Part shown: positions 1 to 7,372 of the stretch, piece after piece | Layout of the letters: every line of letters begins with the position of its first letter | How positions within the stretch are numbered: position 1 is the stretch's first letter | IMG/VR virus record: IMGVR_UViG_3300032233_000764 | Span: 1 to 26,214 of that record | Source: a virus | Lineage: Duplodnaviria; Caudoviricetes | DNA length: 26,214 bases | Reading direction: 5' to 3' (one strand) | Made by a program: the position numbers and the translations under genes | Notes under the pieces: generated by a model | What the model was told of the DNA's origin: nothing | Database searches by the model: none | The model's input: only the letters and a program-made list of their open reading frames with translations

Positions 1-6
1 ACCTAG

Positions 7-459
7 TTACTCTATCAAACGAGCGTATGTCGTGTACGCCCCATTGAGGTCATCTGTTTGTTCAATGACTATTCCATCTCGGACAACAAGAAACTCTGAG
101 CCGTGCCACGAGTCAACAGAGTCACGCCTGAACAGCATCATCCGCCCAGACGATTCGAGAGCCGTCCAAGCGGCGTTGTTGGTTTGTGGTCGTGTCGAGA
201 TTTCGACGGGAACAAACGAACGCATTGGGGAGTAACGAGACCGTTGCGTTGCTCGCCGTCTATCTGAGTCAGTCATCCCTCCCCAGATTCCTTCTTCGGC
301 TTGCCCTTCAACAAGGCAATCTCCAATCACATCACATTTTCGGCAAACAATTTTGGCTGCTGCTTCACGCCTTAATCTGTCGCCAGAAGATTCGTCACTC
401 GGACCGAAGAAGAGTGAAGGACCCATCGTGCGGCAAGCCGCTTGATTTCTCCAATTCAT
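7..459 (-). CDS. whiB: WhiB-family Fe-S transcriptional regulator with ~80-aa C-terminal extension
   Basis: W..QAAC...LFF...AKIVCRKC.VIGDC...EGIWGGMT..DRR: four Cys plus the GIWGG turn. Start moved to ATG 459 behind GAGAGG. Confidence 0.9.
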   Translation of the reverse strand: MNWRNQAACRTMGPSLFFGPSDESSGDRLRREAAAKIVCRKCDVIGDCLVEGQAEEGIWGGMTDSDRRRATQRSRYSPMRSFVPVEISTRPQTNNAAWTALESSGRMMLFRRDSVDSWHGSEFLVVRDGIVIEQTDDLNGAYTTYARLIE

Positions 460-706
460 TAAACCTCTCAAATGTGAACATGCCAAGTTTGGCAGCGGCG
501 ACGACAAAGTCGTCGTCTGACAGTGAAAGGTCTAAATATCCGTAGCCTTCGGTCGTTGCTCTCAAGGCAAGAAGATTCCTTGCCCCTTCGACATTGACAA
601 GTGGAGGCTGAAGAGCGGTGCTGTTAAGTAACGCAAAATAAGCAAGGAATTCGGTAGCGGAAACAAATTCGTAAATGTGTCCTTTGTCAAAAGTCACTCG
701 AATCAT
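395..706 (-). CDS. Hypothetical protein (103 aa)
   Basis: ATGA overlap with the GATase stop and fills the gap to whiB; overlaps the whiB start by 65 nt; no motif recognised. Confidence 0.65.
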   Translation of the reverse strand: MIRVTFDKGHIYEFVSATEFLAYFALLNSTALQPPLVNVEGARNLLALRATTEGYGYLDLSLSDDDFVVAAAKLGMFTFERFNELEKSSGLPHDGSFTLLRSE

Positions 707-1428
707 GCCGCTACTTCTTTCTGTAATGTCGCCACATCGACGACCTTGCCGTTCTCGTACTTGAGGAACAAACCTTCAGGTATCTCTTTCACGCTTGTTA
801 GTTTTACACCTGACTGCATCGCTGCTGTGCGAAGCATCTGCTCTGTGGAGGCGAACACCATCGAACCGCCGAGTGTCTGACCAATCCAGAGCGGACTCTG
901 GCGGATTCTGCCGACATTGAGAACAGTGGGCTGATTGACATTGAACCAAGCAATTGCGGCTGAACCTTGTAGTTCGTGAAGAACATCTGTTGGCTCGTCT
1001 GTCGCATCAATCAAGCGGAAGATTGCTTCAGTGTCGACTTGACCAGTACGACCTGTCCCGACCTTTGCAATGATTTCGTCATCGTTCCTAATTCCGCCAT
1101 TGTGAATGCCAATTGTCTCACCGACAAGAATCGGGTGATTGTTGTCGTTGTTTTCGGGACTACCTTTTGTGGCGTAGCGAGTGTGGATGATTGCTGACCG
1201 AGTGAACTTTGCCATCTGGTCCATGCTGTCAATGAATTGACTAGCAGCGATTGAATCCTTCATGTACCAAATTCCGAGAGCGTTGTCATCGTCTTGTTGT
1301 GACCATGCCACGCCCGTCGCATCAGTGCCACGGCGTTCGATTTGAAGCGCTAATGCCTTGGCAAGTTTGCGACAGTTAATGTGTCGATGGTCTTGGTCTG
1401 AAATTGAAAATCCTGCGATTCCGCACAT
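703..1428 (-). CDS. Class II glutamine amidotransferase (Ntn-hydrolase, GlmS/PurF N-domain-like)
   Basis: True start MCGIAG (Cys1 nucleophile) at 1428 after AGAAAGGA; motifs RGTDATG, HTRYAT, NNHP, HNGGI.N, VDTE. Confidence 0.93.
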   Translation of the reverse strand: MCGIAGFSISDQDHRHINCRKLAKALALQIERRGTDATGVAWSQQDDDNALGIWYMKDSIAASQFIDSMDQMAKFTRSAIIHTRYATKGSPENNDNNHPILVGETIGIHNGGIRNDDEIIAKVGTGRTGQVDTEAIFRLIDATDEPTDVLHELQGSAAIAWFNVNQPTVLNVGRIRQSPLWIGQTLGGSMVFASTEQMLRTAAMQSGVKLTSVKEIPEGLFLKYENGKVVDVATLQKEVAA

Positions 1429-1442
1429 TTTGTTTTTCCTTT

Positions 1443-2462
1443 CTAAGCGGCGACTGCCGTTGGGTAGAGAATTTCTTGACGGTGGTTCAACCACTCGGCG
1501 CTGGCGGCTGAGATTTTGCCGTTGGCGAGAAGTGTTTCAACCAGTGGGTTGTTCTGGTCGATTACGATTCCTTCGTTGCTGGCATCGAAGAAGGCGATTA
1601 GCAACTTGACCCATTCAGTGGCTTTCTTGCCGCTTAGTGTGCCTTGGTGCATTCTCATCTCGATGGTGCCGATTCGACCAATGTTGTCAACATTCATGGC
1701 GTCAGTGTGGCTTCCGCTGAGTGGGTGACCGTTGCTTGAGTTCCATGCCCACTGGTCTAGTTTCTGATTCGAAACTCTCATGCAGTAGCCGTTGCTCTGA
1801 CGACTTCTTGCTACCAACTTGAAGAGCGTGTTTTGCGCTTCTTTGTAGTTGTTGAAGAGTCGTGCCCGATTGTCACCAGTGATATCTGCAACACCGAGGT
1901 GAGTGTGCATGCCGTGTTTCTTGTCAACCTTTGCACCAACCGAAGCGAGCGCTTGCATCACCTTCTTTAGTTCGAGGAGACCAGCGGCACCTTTGAGAAC
2001 TGGCGAGACCAGTTCACCACCTTGGTTGTAAGGACCAGAACCAGCGTTGTGCATGCCCCGTGTTGCACTGGAGTCTGTCTCCAGTTTCCACTGGGCGTAA
2101 CCGCTAACTGCGGCACCGCAAGTTTTGCAACTCCGACCGTGGTAGTCGACCATGTGAATGTGGTAACCGACAACCGCTTCGACAGCGTTGGCGACATCCA
2201 ATCTGATTGCTGTGTGGAACTCAATCTCGACACCGAATGTACGGTCCGTTCTGAGTGAGCGTTGCCAGCGGGCTGCGAGTGCAGTTGCTGCTGCTAGAGA
2301 CCTTGTTGTGTCTCGTCCTGTTTCGCCAAGGTATCTGCGAACACCTTCTCGGATGGTGGATTCACCACTAACTCCGAAGTGGGCAGCGATGGCGCTCCAA
2401 GTGTGACCCTGAAGTCGCATCTGTTGAGCAACTTCTGGAGACCAAGCAATTGGTTGTGGCAT
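1443..2462 (-). CDS. Putative amidoligase (COOH-NH2 ligase, Amidoligase_2-like) with N-terminal HTH
   Basis: TFGVEIEF, W.LETDSS, GGELVSPVL, GMHTHLG and TIEMRMHQGTL motifs. N-terminal QGHTWSAIAAHFGVS.ESTIR resembles an HTH. Confidence 0.88.
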   Translation of the reverse strand: MPQPIAWSPEVAQQMRLQGHTWSAIAAHFGVSGESTIREGVRRYLGETGRDTTRSLAAATALAARWQRSLRTDRTFGVEIEFHTAIRLDVANAVEAVVGYHIHMVDYHGRSCKTCGAAVSGYAQWKLETDSSATRGMHNAGSGPYNQGGELVSPVLKGAAGLLELKKVMQALASVGAKVDKKHGMHTHLGVADITGDNRARLFNNYKEAQNTLFKLVARSRQSNGYCMRVSNQKLDQWAWNSSNGHPLSGSHTDAMNVDNIGRIGTIEMRMHQGTLSGKKATEWVKLLIAFFDASNEGIVIDQNNPLVETLLANGKISAASAEWLNHRQEILYPTAVAA

Positions 2463-2538
2463 CTTTCCCTTTCCTTTCTGGAGGATTCCCCCTCCACTAG
2501 AAGATTACACCGTATGACATGGCGTGTCAATTCATTCG
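2463..2538 (-). promoter_or_regulatory. Sigma70/SigA-type promoter + stem-loop + SD cassette (copy 1)
   Basis: TTGACA (2530-2525), N17, TAATCT (2507-2502); hairpin TGGAGG/CCTCCA (2496-2479); purine-rich AGAAAGGAAAGGGAAAG before ATG 2462. Confidence 0.85.
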
Positions 2539-2957
2539 AAATCGGCAACCGTCATATGAAGAACTTTTTCCTCAGCAACAAGGCGCTTCAGCGTCCTCGG
2601 GGCAATCTTGAAGTAAAGGCTCAAGGACCAGCCTCGAGCATCCTTCTCCGCATCTCGCCAATTGCCAGCCTTCTGCTGGTGTTGCATCGCATGACGGAAC
2701 TCATGAAGCATCGTCACGATTGATGGCTTTGACATGTGGATTTCATTTCGGCTCGGAATGTAAAAGCCGTAAGCAGCACTTGGGTCTCGAACTAATTTGG
2801 GTGTCTGCATTTCGTATTTTATTGACACCAGCAATAACCACACCCACATCTGATTCCAGCGGCGCTCTTCATTTGAGCATTGCCAATTTCTCAACACAAA
2901 TCGTGTTCGTGCGACTGTGTATTCATTGATGTTTTGAAAGTGCTTGTGATATTTCAT
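2532..2957 (-). CDS. Zincin-like metallopeptidase (HExxH)
   Basis: TMLHEFRHAMQH followed by downstream EKDA (likely third ligand), preceded by a YGFY strand. Confidence 0.75.
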   Translation of the reverse strand: MKYHKHFQNINEYTVARTRFVLRNWQCSNEERRWNQMWVWLLLVSIKYEMQTPKLVRDPSAAYGFYIPSRNEIHMSKPSIVTMLHEFRHAMQHQQKAGNWRDAEKDARGWSLSLYFKIAPRTLKRLVAEEKVLHMTVADFE

Positions 2958-3211
2958 ACTGATTGGGCTTCTTTAATTTCGGCAATCATTTTGTCGTAAG
3001 CGGCTTGTTTTAGCGAATGTTCTTCAGCAACTCGTAAAAACAATTCTTCAAGTTGACTATCACCGTGGCGACAATCTAAAACTTGTTGCCATGCGGCTGG
3101 GTCGAACTCTGCAAAGTCAGGGCACTTCACACCGCAATAAGCAAAAATGTATTCATAAGCCTGTTGCACCCTGCGAAGGTGAAATAAAAATTCCCTATGT
3201 CGAGCGTCCAT
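2954..3211 (-). CDS. Hypothetical protein (85 aa)
   Basis: Start moved to ATG 3211 (MDARHREF), directly after the promoter/SD cassette; the longer track ORF runs through the promoter. Confidence 0.75.
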   Translation of the reverse strand: MDARHREFLFHLRRVQQAYEYIFAYCGVKCPDFAEFDPAAWQQVLDCRHGDSQLEELFLRVAEEHSLKQAAYDKMIAEIKEAQSV

Positions 3212-3288
3212 CTCTTCTCTCTTTCTGGAGGCTTTCCGTCCCTCCACCAAAAGATTACCCGAGATGGCATCCCAAGTCAATTCATTCG
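3212..3288 (-). promoter_or_regulatory. Sigma70/SigA-type promoter + stem-loop + SD cassette (copy 2)
   Basis: TTGACT (3280-3275), N17, TAATCT (3257-3252); hairpin TGGAGG/CCTCCA (3246-3226); AGAAAGAGAGAAGAG-ATG. Same layout as copy 1, 750 bp away. Confidence 0.85.
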
Positions 3289-3551
3289 GGGTGTTTTCTC
3301 AAATCAGCAAAAAGGGCTTGGTCCGTAACCCCACAAGAGTCAGCAATGACACGGTACGGAGTCCTTGATTTGCGGAGGCGGCGGATGACAGCCCTGCGCT
3401 GGTTGCCCAGACGGACCACAGCGCCTTGGTGTTCCCGCATCATCGAAGTTAGAATCTTTACTTTCTCGAGGTCGGAATCTTCGACCTGCTCTTGCTGTTC
3501 AATTTGTATCTGCCCGAATTCGTTCATGAACGAAAACGATAGCAGGGTCAA
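3282..3551 (-). CDS. Small HTH DNA-binding protein
   Basis: C-terminal RRAVIRRLRKSRTPYRVIADSCGVTDQAL has an HTH pattern; start may be ATG 3527. Confidence 0.7.
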   Translation of the reverse strand: MTLLSFSFMNEFGQIQIEQQEQVEDSDLEKVKILTSMMREHQGAVVRLGNQRRAVIRRLRKSRTPYRVIADSCGVTDQALFADLRKHPE

Positions 3552-4030
3552 GTATCGGAAATCGCATCTAACTGAGTCAATGCCTCTCGAAGCAAAGCAG
3601 ACGATTCAAGGTTGTAATCCCTATCGACGAGTCGAGCAGCCGCCACAACTTTTTCCAATGCTTGCCGCCGCCATCCCGCTTTGGTTTGGCTTGGAACGAG
3701 AATCAAATCCGTCAATGGGTATTCGTTAATGAATCGCATTGAGATGTAAGGGTGACAATTCTCTCGTTTGATTTGCAGTTGCGCTACCTTGCCAACTTTG
3801 TGAAGCACCGACAATGTTCCTGAAATTTGTCCATGATGCAAACCCATAAATGTGCTGAGTTCTTTCCATGTCATTCCTTCTGGTCGTTCATCCAACCAAG
3901 CAAGAACTAATTTCTGTCGATGAGTAGCGACACCATTTGTGGCTTCTCGTTGCGCTCTTTCTCGAGATGTATCCGAGCCACTGACATACCCCGCTGTTCC
4001 TGCATACGGCAGGTCATTTTCTTCATTCAT
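3548..4030 (-). CDS. Winged-helix-like phage DNA-binding protein
   Basis: QKLVLAWL...GMTWKELS..MGLHHGQISGTLSVLHKVGKV resembles a wHTH fold. Confidence 0.65.
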   Translation of the reverse strand: MNEENDLPYAGTAGYVSGSDTSRERAQREATNGVATHRQKLVLAWLDERPEGMTWKELSTFMGLHHGQISGTLSVLHKVGKVAQLQIKRENCHPYISMRFINEYPLTDLILVPSQTKAGWRRQALEKVVAAARLVDRDYNLESSALLREALTQLDAISDT

Positions 4031-4424
4031 CTTTACTCCCTGTAACTGTGATGATTATTCGGTCGTACTTTGCTTTGACTGGTGCAAGAAACAAAATGCC
4101 GAGAAGATGTTCTGGTGTGTCGTCGAGAAGAATCCCGCCATCTACCAAACCATCGATTGCTGCTTTGACTGCTGGGTTACACGCTGCACAATCTTGCAAG
4201 CGTCCTTTCATTGATAACCCGACACTGACAACAGCATTTGTTAAACGGGGCAACCGCTGGGTTTTGCAAAGCCAGCCGTAGAGTTGTCTCCACTCTGCTG
4301 TGTTGCTTGCTCGTTCCCAACGGTTGCCGCTTCGTTCTGAATTTGTTGTCCATGGTCGTTGATAAACCACAAACTGAATAGACACAAAACCGTTTCGTTC
4401 TTTAATTGAAACGGTGTGTTCCAT
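4023..4424 (-). CDS. RusA-like Holliday junction resolvase
   Basis: RPWTTN; QD...N..VKAAIDGLVDGGILLDD catalytic Asp/Lys pattern; start set at ATG 4424. Confidence 0.8.
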   Translation of the reverse strand: MEHTVSIKERNGFVSIQFVVYQRPWTTNSERSGNRWERASNTAEWRQLYGWLCKTQRLPRLTNAVVSVGLSMKGRLQDCAACNPAVKAAIDGLVDGGILLDDTPEHLLGILFLAPVKAKYDRIIITVTGSKDE

Positions 4425-4426
4425 TT

Positions 4427-4696
4427 TTATTTCCCGATGTACCGACCGTAGATGGTAAAAGTTCCATCTGCATTTTTGCGGCTTGTCCATTCAGTGTTTG
4501 GAAACGCTTTTTTATTTGAAGTAACCATTACACCGTTGTTGCAATTTTCTCTGTAAACAGCCCAACGATTTGGGCGTGTTTTGAGCACTGCTACAAACTT
4601 TTGTGTTCTGCCGCTGCCTGCTGGTTTGGCACCACCAGTTCGTTTTTGTGGCGGATTAGACCACTTGATTTTTTCTTTGGATATTGCTTGAGTCAT
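4427..4696 (-). CDS. Basic hypothetical phage protein (89 aa)
   Basis: Start MTQAISK at 4696 after AAAGGGAG; the longer track ORF crosses a promoter. W.NPP...LKTRPNRWA...IYGRYIG. Confidence 0.75.
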   Translation of the reverse strand: MTQAISKEKIKWSNPPQKRTGGAKPAGSGRTQKFVAVLKTRPNRWAVYRENCNNGVMVTSNKKAFPNTEWTSRKNADGTFTIYGRYIGK

Positions 4697-4716
4697 TTCT
4701 GTCTCCCTTTTATTAT

Positions 4717-4771
4717 CGAGGACTGTCCTCGTTGTTAAGACTAAGATACACCCTAGTTTAGTTTGTGTCAA
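4717..4771 (-). promoter_or_regulatory. Sigma70/SigA-type promoter followed by a 15-bp palindrome/stem-loop
   Basis: TTGACA (4771-4766), N17, TATCTT (4748-4743); CGAGGAC-A-GTCCTCG (4731-4717); then SD AAAGGGAG. Confidence 0.8.
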
Positions 4772-5076
4772 CCTTTGATTGTAAAAAGATGTCCTTTGCT
4801 TACAGCCAGTGCAACATTGGTGTGAATCATGTGATGACAATGAGAACAAACTGCAAGAAGATTTTCTGGTTCATCTCCTCCGCCTTGCGAGCGGCGTTTG
4901 ATGTGATGCACATGAGCAGCACGAACTGTGCAATCTTCCCAGCGGGCTTCACAATAACCTTTTGAACGGTCGATAGCGCTCTTTCGCATCTGAGTCCATT
5001 TGTGATTGCTTTTTGCTTTTGGCTTAAACGGTGTTCGCTTTAATTCTGTTTTGCGAACGATGGGTGTTCGTTTCAT
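4768..5076 (-). CDS. HNH endonuclease
   Basis: CEARWEDC...HVHHIKRRSQGG.DEPENLLAVCSHCHHMIH. Confidence 0.9.
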   Translation of the reverse strand: MKRTPIVRKTELKRTPFKPKAKSNHKWTQMRKSAIDRSKGYCEARWEDCTVRAAHVHHIKRRSQGGGDEPENLLAVCSHCHHMIHTNVALAVSKGHLFTIKG

Positions 5077-5918
5077 ATCGCTACCTTTTGCGTCATGTCG
5101 GCATAGTGAGCCTTCAGTTCATCATGGATTCGTTCATTCTTGCCGCTGATGTAATCCAACACAAATTCTTCGCTCTTCTTCATCCGTACAAGATTGGTGA
5201 CCATGACCATCGCATCCGACAGTTCACTGTCCCGTGCTGGTGTCGGCGTCGACCGAACAGCGGACTTGGCAACCACCAGACGCTCCCAGTGAGTCTCGAG
5301 TTGCATTGGGGTACGAATGTTCTTGCGCCACCAATCGTCGGCGTAGGCAGCCCTGAGCATTCTCTCAATGAGTTCTGGTGTGGCACCCTGCTTGAGAAGT
5401 CCTTTAATGCTTTTCTCCCATTGGATGGTCACTGGTTTTAGAGCCACGCCTTCAGGTGTTGTCTGCTGTAAAAGTTCAACAAATACTTCTATCAATTTCA
5501 CATGTGGTTCATTGGACGGTTTAATGGGTGGTTTGGGTGCATCTCCTGCACCCCGTTCCTGCATCTCCTGCACCCCGTTGGGTGCACCTGCTGCACCCCG
5601 TTGCTTGTCGACCTGCATCTCCTGCACCCCGCTAAGAATCAGGTCATAACCAATGGGTCGACGGTCCGCTCGGTGAATGTAAGCAGCCACAATGCGTGGG
5701 TCACATCGCCTGATGATGCCAAGTGCCTCCAGATTGTCCAGATGCTGCCGTACAGAGCGTTCAGACAAGCAGGTGTACCTACAGATGGTAGCGACGCTTG
5801 GGAACGCTGCAGAGCCGTCTGGGTGGGCGTGGTTAGCCAGTGCTACCAGCACCAACTTCGATACTGGGGATTCGACGGGAGCGTGGTTCAGAACCCACGC
5901 TATTGCTTCAACTGACAT
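5073..5918 (-). CDS. Phage replication initiator (N-terminal wHTH, lambda-O-like architecture)
   Basis: KLVLVALANHA...AFPSVATICRYTCLSERSVRQHLDNLEALGII; low-complexity linker carrying DNA repeats; C-terminal WWRKNIRTPMQLE.HWERL helical domain. Confidence 0.85.
   Translation of the reverse strand: MSVEAIAWVLNHAPVESPVSKLVLVALANHAHPDGSAAFPSVATICRYTCLSERSVRQHLDNLEALGIIRRCDPRIVAAYIHRADRRPIGYDLILSGVQEMQVDKQRGAAGAPNGVQEMQERGAGDAPKPPIKPSNEPHVKLIEVFVELLQQTTPEGVALKPVTIQWEKSIKGLLKQGATPELIERMLRAAYADDWWRKNIRTPMQLETHWERLVVAKSAVRSTPTPARDSELSDAMVMVTNLVRMKKSEEFVLDYISGKNERIHDELKAHYADMTQKVAI
5538..5633. repeat. Four 20-bp iteron-like direct repeats (putative replication origin)
   Basis: TGCATCTCCTGCACCCCGTT at 5538 and 5560, TGCACCTGCTGCACCCCGTT at 5583, TGCATCTCCTGCACCCCGCT at 5614, all inside the initiator gene. 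Confidence 0.85.
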
Positions 5919-5923
5919 AGAGC

Positions 5924-5947
5924 CTCCAAGGGCTGGAGATGATAACA
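5924..5947 (-). promoter_or_regulatory. Extended -10 promoter candidate and SD-occluding hairpin ahead of the initiator gene
   Basis: TGT-TATCAT (5947-5939); CTCCA-N5-TGGAG hairpin (5938-5924) overlaps the GGAGG SD. Confidence 0.5.
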
Positions 5948-5951
5948 GCCT

Positions 5952-6161
5952 TTAGGCGGTGTGTGGCTTAAAGGGCATCGTGAACTTGTTGTTCTCGTAT
6001 TCAATTGGGTCCATGTCGATATCGCATCCAAGCATGTTTGCAGCAAGATTCAGCATTTGTTCAATCATTGCTTCGTATCTCGGTTCGGTGTCTTTCTCTG
6101 ACGCCAATGCTCGAGCAGTTGCAATATTGTTATCTAAATCAATTTTGAATTCGTATTTCAT
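5952..6161 (-). CDS. Hypothetical protein (69 aa)
   Basis: ATGA overlap with the upstream gene; no motif recognised. Confidence 0.7.
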   Translation of the reverse strand: MKYEFKIDLDNNIATARALASEKDTEPRYEAMIEQMLNLAANMLGCDIDMDPIEYENNKFTMPFKPHTA

Positions 6162-6700
6162 CCGAGGTGACCTGTTTCAATCATGGTAATAAATTCGCTT
6201 GCTTCAGCGAGCATGTCATCTTCAACTTTGTCGGGCTTGCCGAAAGCATCAAGAAATTCTCTCTTTGCGTCTGTGCGAACTGCGTCTGGTAATGCATTCA
6301 GTCGGTCAAGGATTGCTTGACGCTTTGAATCTAATTGCGGCACTGCTTGTTGTGGTTGTGTTTGTCGCTGAACTTTTTCCATCTCTTGTCTTGATGGGCG
6401 CTTGCCTTTTGGAGAAAATTCTCCACCAAGCAGACTCAAGGCTCGACCTGTGGCACTCGTACATCCATTCTCAATTCGAGAAGTCTGATTCACGCCCTTT
6501 GTCGATTTTAGTTCTTCTGCGTAGTCACAAGCCGCTGGTCGTAAATCATCTCTGTCCGTAAAAATCTCTGAGCGAATTACTACTCGTTCTCCGTCATCAA
6601 AAACAATTTCGTTAATGATTCTTCCTTGCGGGAATCTTTCCCAGAATAAATGAATTCGTTCTTCAACTGTTTGATAGTCGTTGAGGTTGAAATGTGCCAT
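6158..6700 (-). CDS. Putative single-strand annealing protein/recombinase (Rad52/Erf-like superfamily)
   Basis: FNLNDYQTVEERI..F...FPQGRI...AEE....VNQTS.IEN..TSA.GRAL pattern typical of phage SSAPs; lies next to the replication genes. Confidence 0.7.
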   Translation of the reverse strand: MAHFNLNDYQTVEERIHLFWERFPQGRIINEIVFDDGERVVIRSEIFTDRDDLRPAACDYAEELKSTKGVNQTSRIENGCTSATGRALSLLGGEFSPKGKRPSRQEMEKVQRQTQPQQAVPQLDSKRQAILDRLNALPDAVRTDAKREFLDAFGKPDKVEDDMLAEASEFITMIETGHLG

Positions 6701-6735
6701 TTGCCAATCCCTTTCATTGGTGTTTGTTGTTGATG

Positions 6736-6764
6736 ACTTTACCGTGCTTTATGCCGTGAGTCAA
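6736..6764 (-). promoter_or_regulatory. Sigma70/SigA-type promoter
   Basis: TTGACT (6764-6759), N17, TAAAGT (6741-6736); SD AAAGGGA before ATG 6700. Confidence 0.8.
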
Positions 6765-7372
6765 TACTTGTTTTCTTGAACAAAGGTTTGAAACGGTGAC
6801 CCAGTGTACGGGTCGAATTTAGCCGCTACTCCAAGCGCTTTAACAATGCAAGACTTTGCCGAGTTAAGAGTTATTGCTTTTTTGCCAGTGAGCGCTGCTA
6901 AAGCACCCAACGCATAAGTGCCGCCTGTACCGATTGCGTAGATACCTGTGCGGTCTGCAGTCCAGCCGTAATCAGATTCAATTACATAGATTGCCCCGTT
7001 GACAGCAACGATGATGCTTGAATCTTGTTCCGCCATGTGCGTGGGGGAGTCGCCTTTTGTGTTCGCATAGCCTTGCGCTTCGAAGGTTGCACGAAGAGCG
7101 GGGATAAAAGTCTTGGTCATAAAAATGTCAAGACGGTTGCCTCTCATGTTTATTGGCGCTGCTGGAGGTGCAAACGCATGATGCACGATGTTGATTGCCC
7201 TGACATCGCCAGCGACCCCAATGAGGTACCTGCCATTGGCGGCTACCTTGGCTGTGCCGCTTCCGAGGGTTGTTACCTGATAGGCAAAGCCAGAATCATC
7301 AAAAGTTGATATTCGACTGTCTGTCCCAATCACAGCAAACGATTCACCTTGAATAGCGACAATGGTTGTCAT
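6761..7372 (-). CDS. Proteasome-beta/HslV-like Ntn threonine peptidase
   Basis: Start MTTIVAI at 7372 (TAATG overlap) exposes Thr1; D17-S-R19, AKV, GVAGD, AIGTGG, DPYTG. Confidence 0.85.
   Translation of the reverse strand: MTTIVAIQGESFAVIGTDSRISTFDDSGFAYQVTTLGSGTAKVAANGRYLIGVAGDVRAINIVHHAFAPPAAPINMRGNRLDIFMTKTFIPALRATFEAQGYANTKGDSPTHMAEQDSSIIVAVNGAIYVIESDYGWTADRTGIYAIGTGGTYALGALAALTGKKAITLNSAKSCIVKALGVAAKFDPYTGSPFQTFVQENKY

Noticed and set aside
7-4424. Five early proteins end in Glu (possible Pup-like ligation tags)
   Set aside because: Two cases come from the shared GAATGA cassette boundary, none has a GGE/GGQ end, and the numbers are too small.
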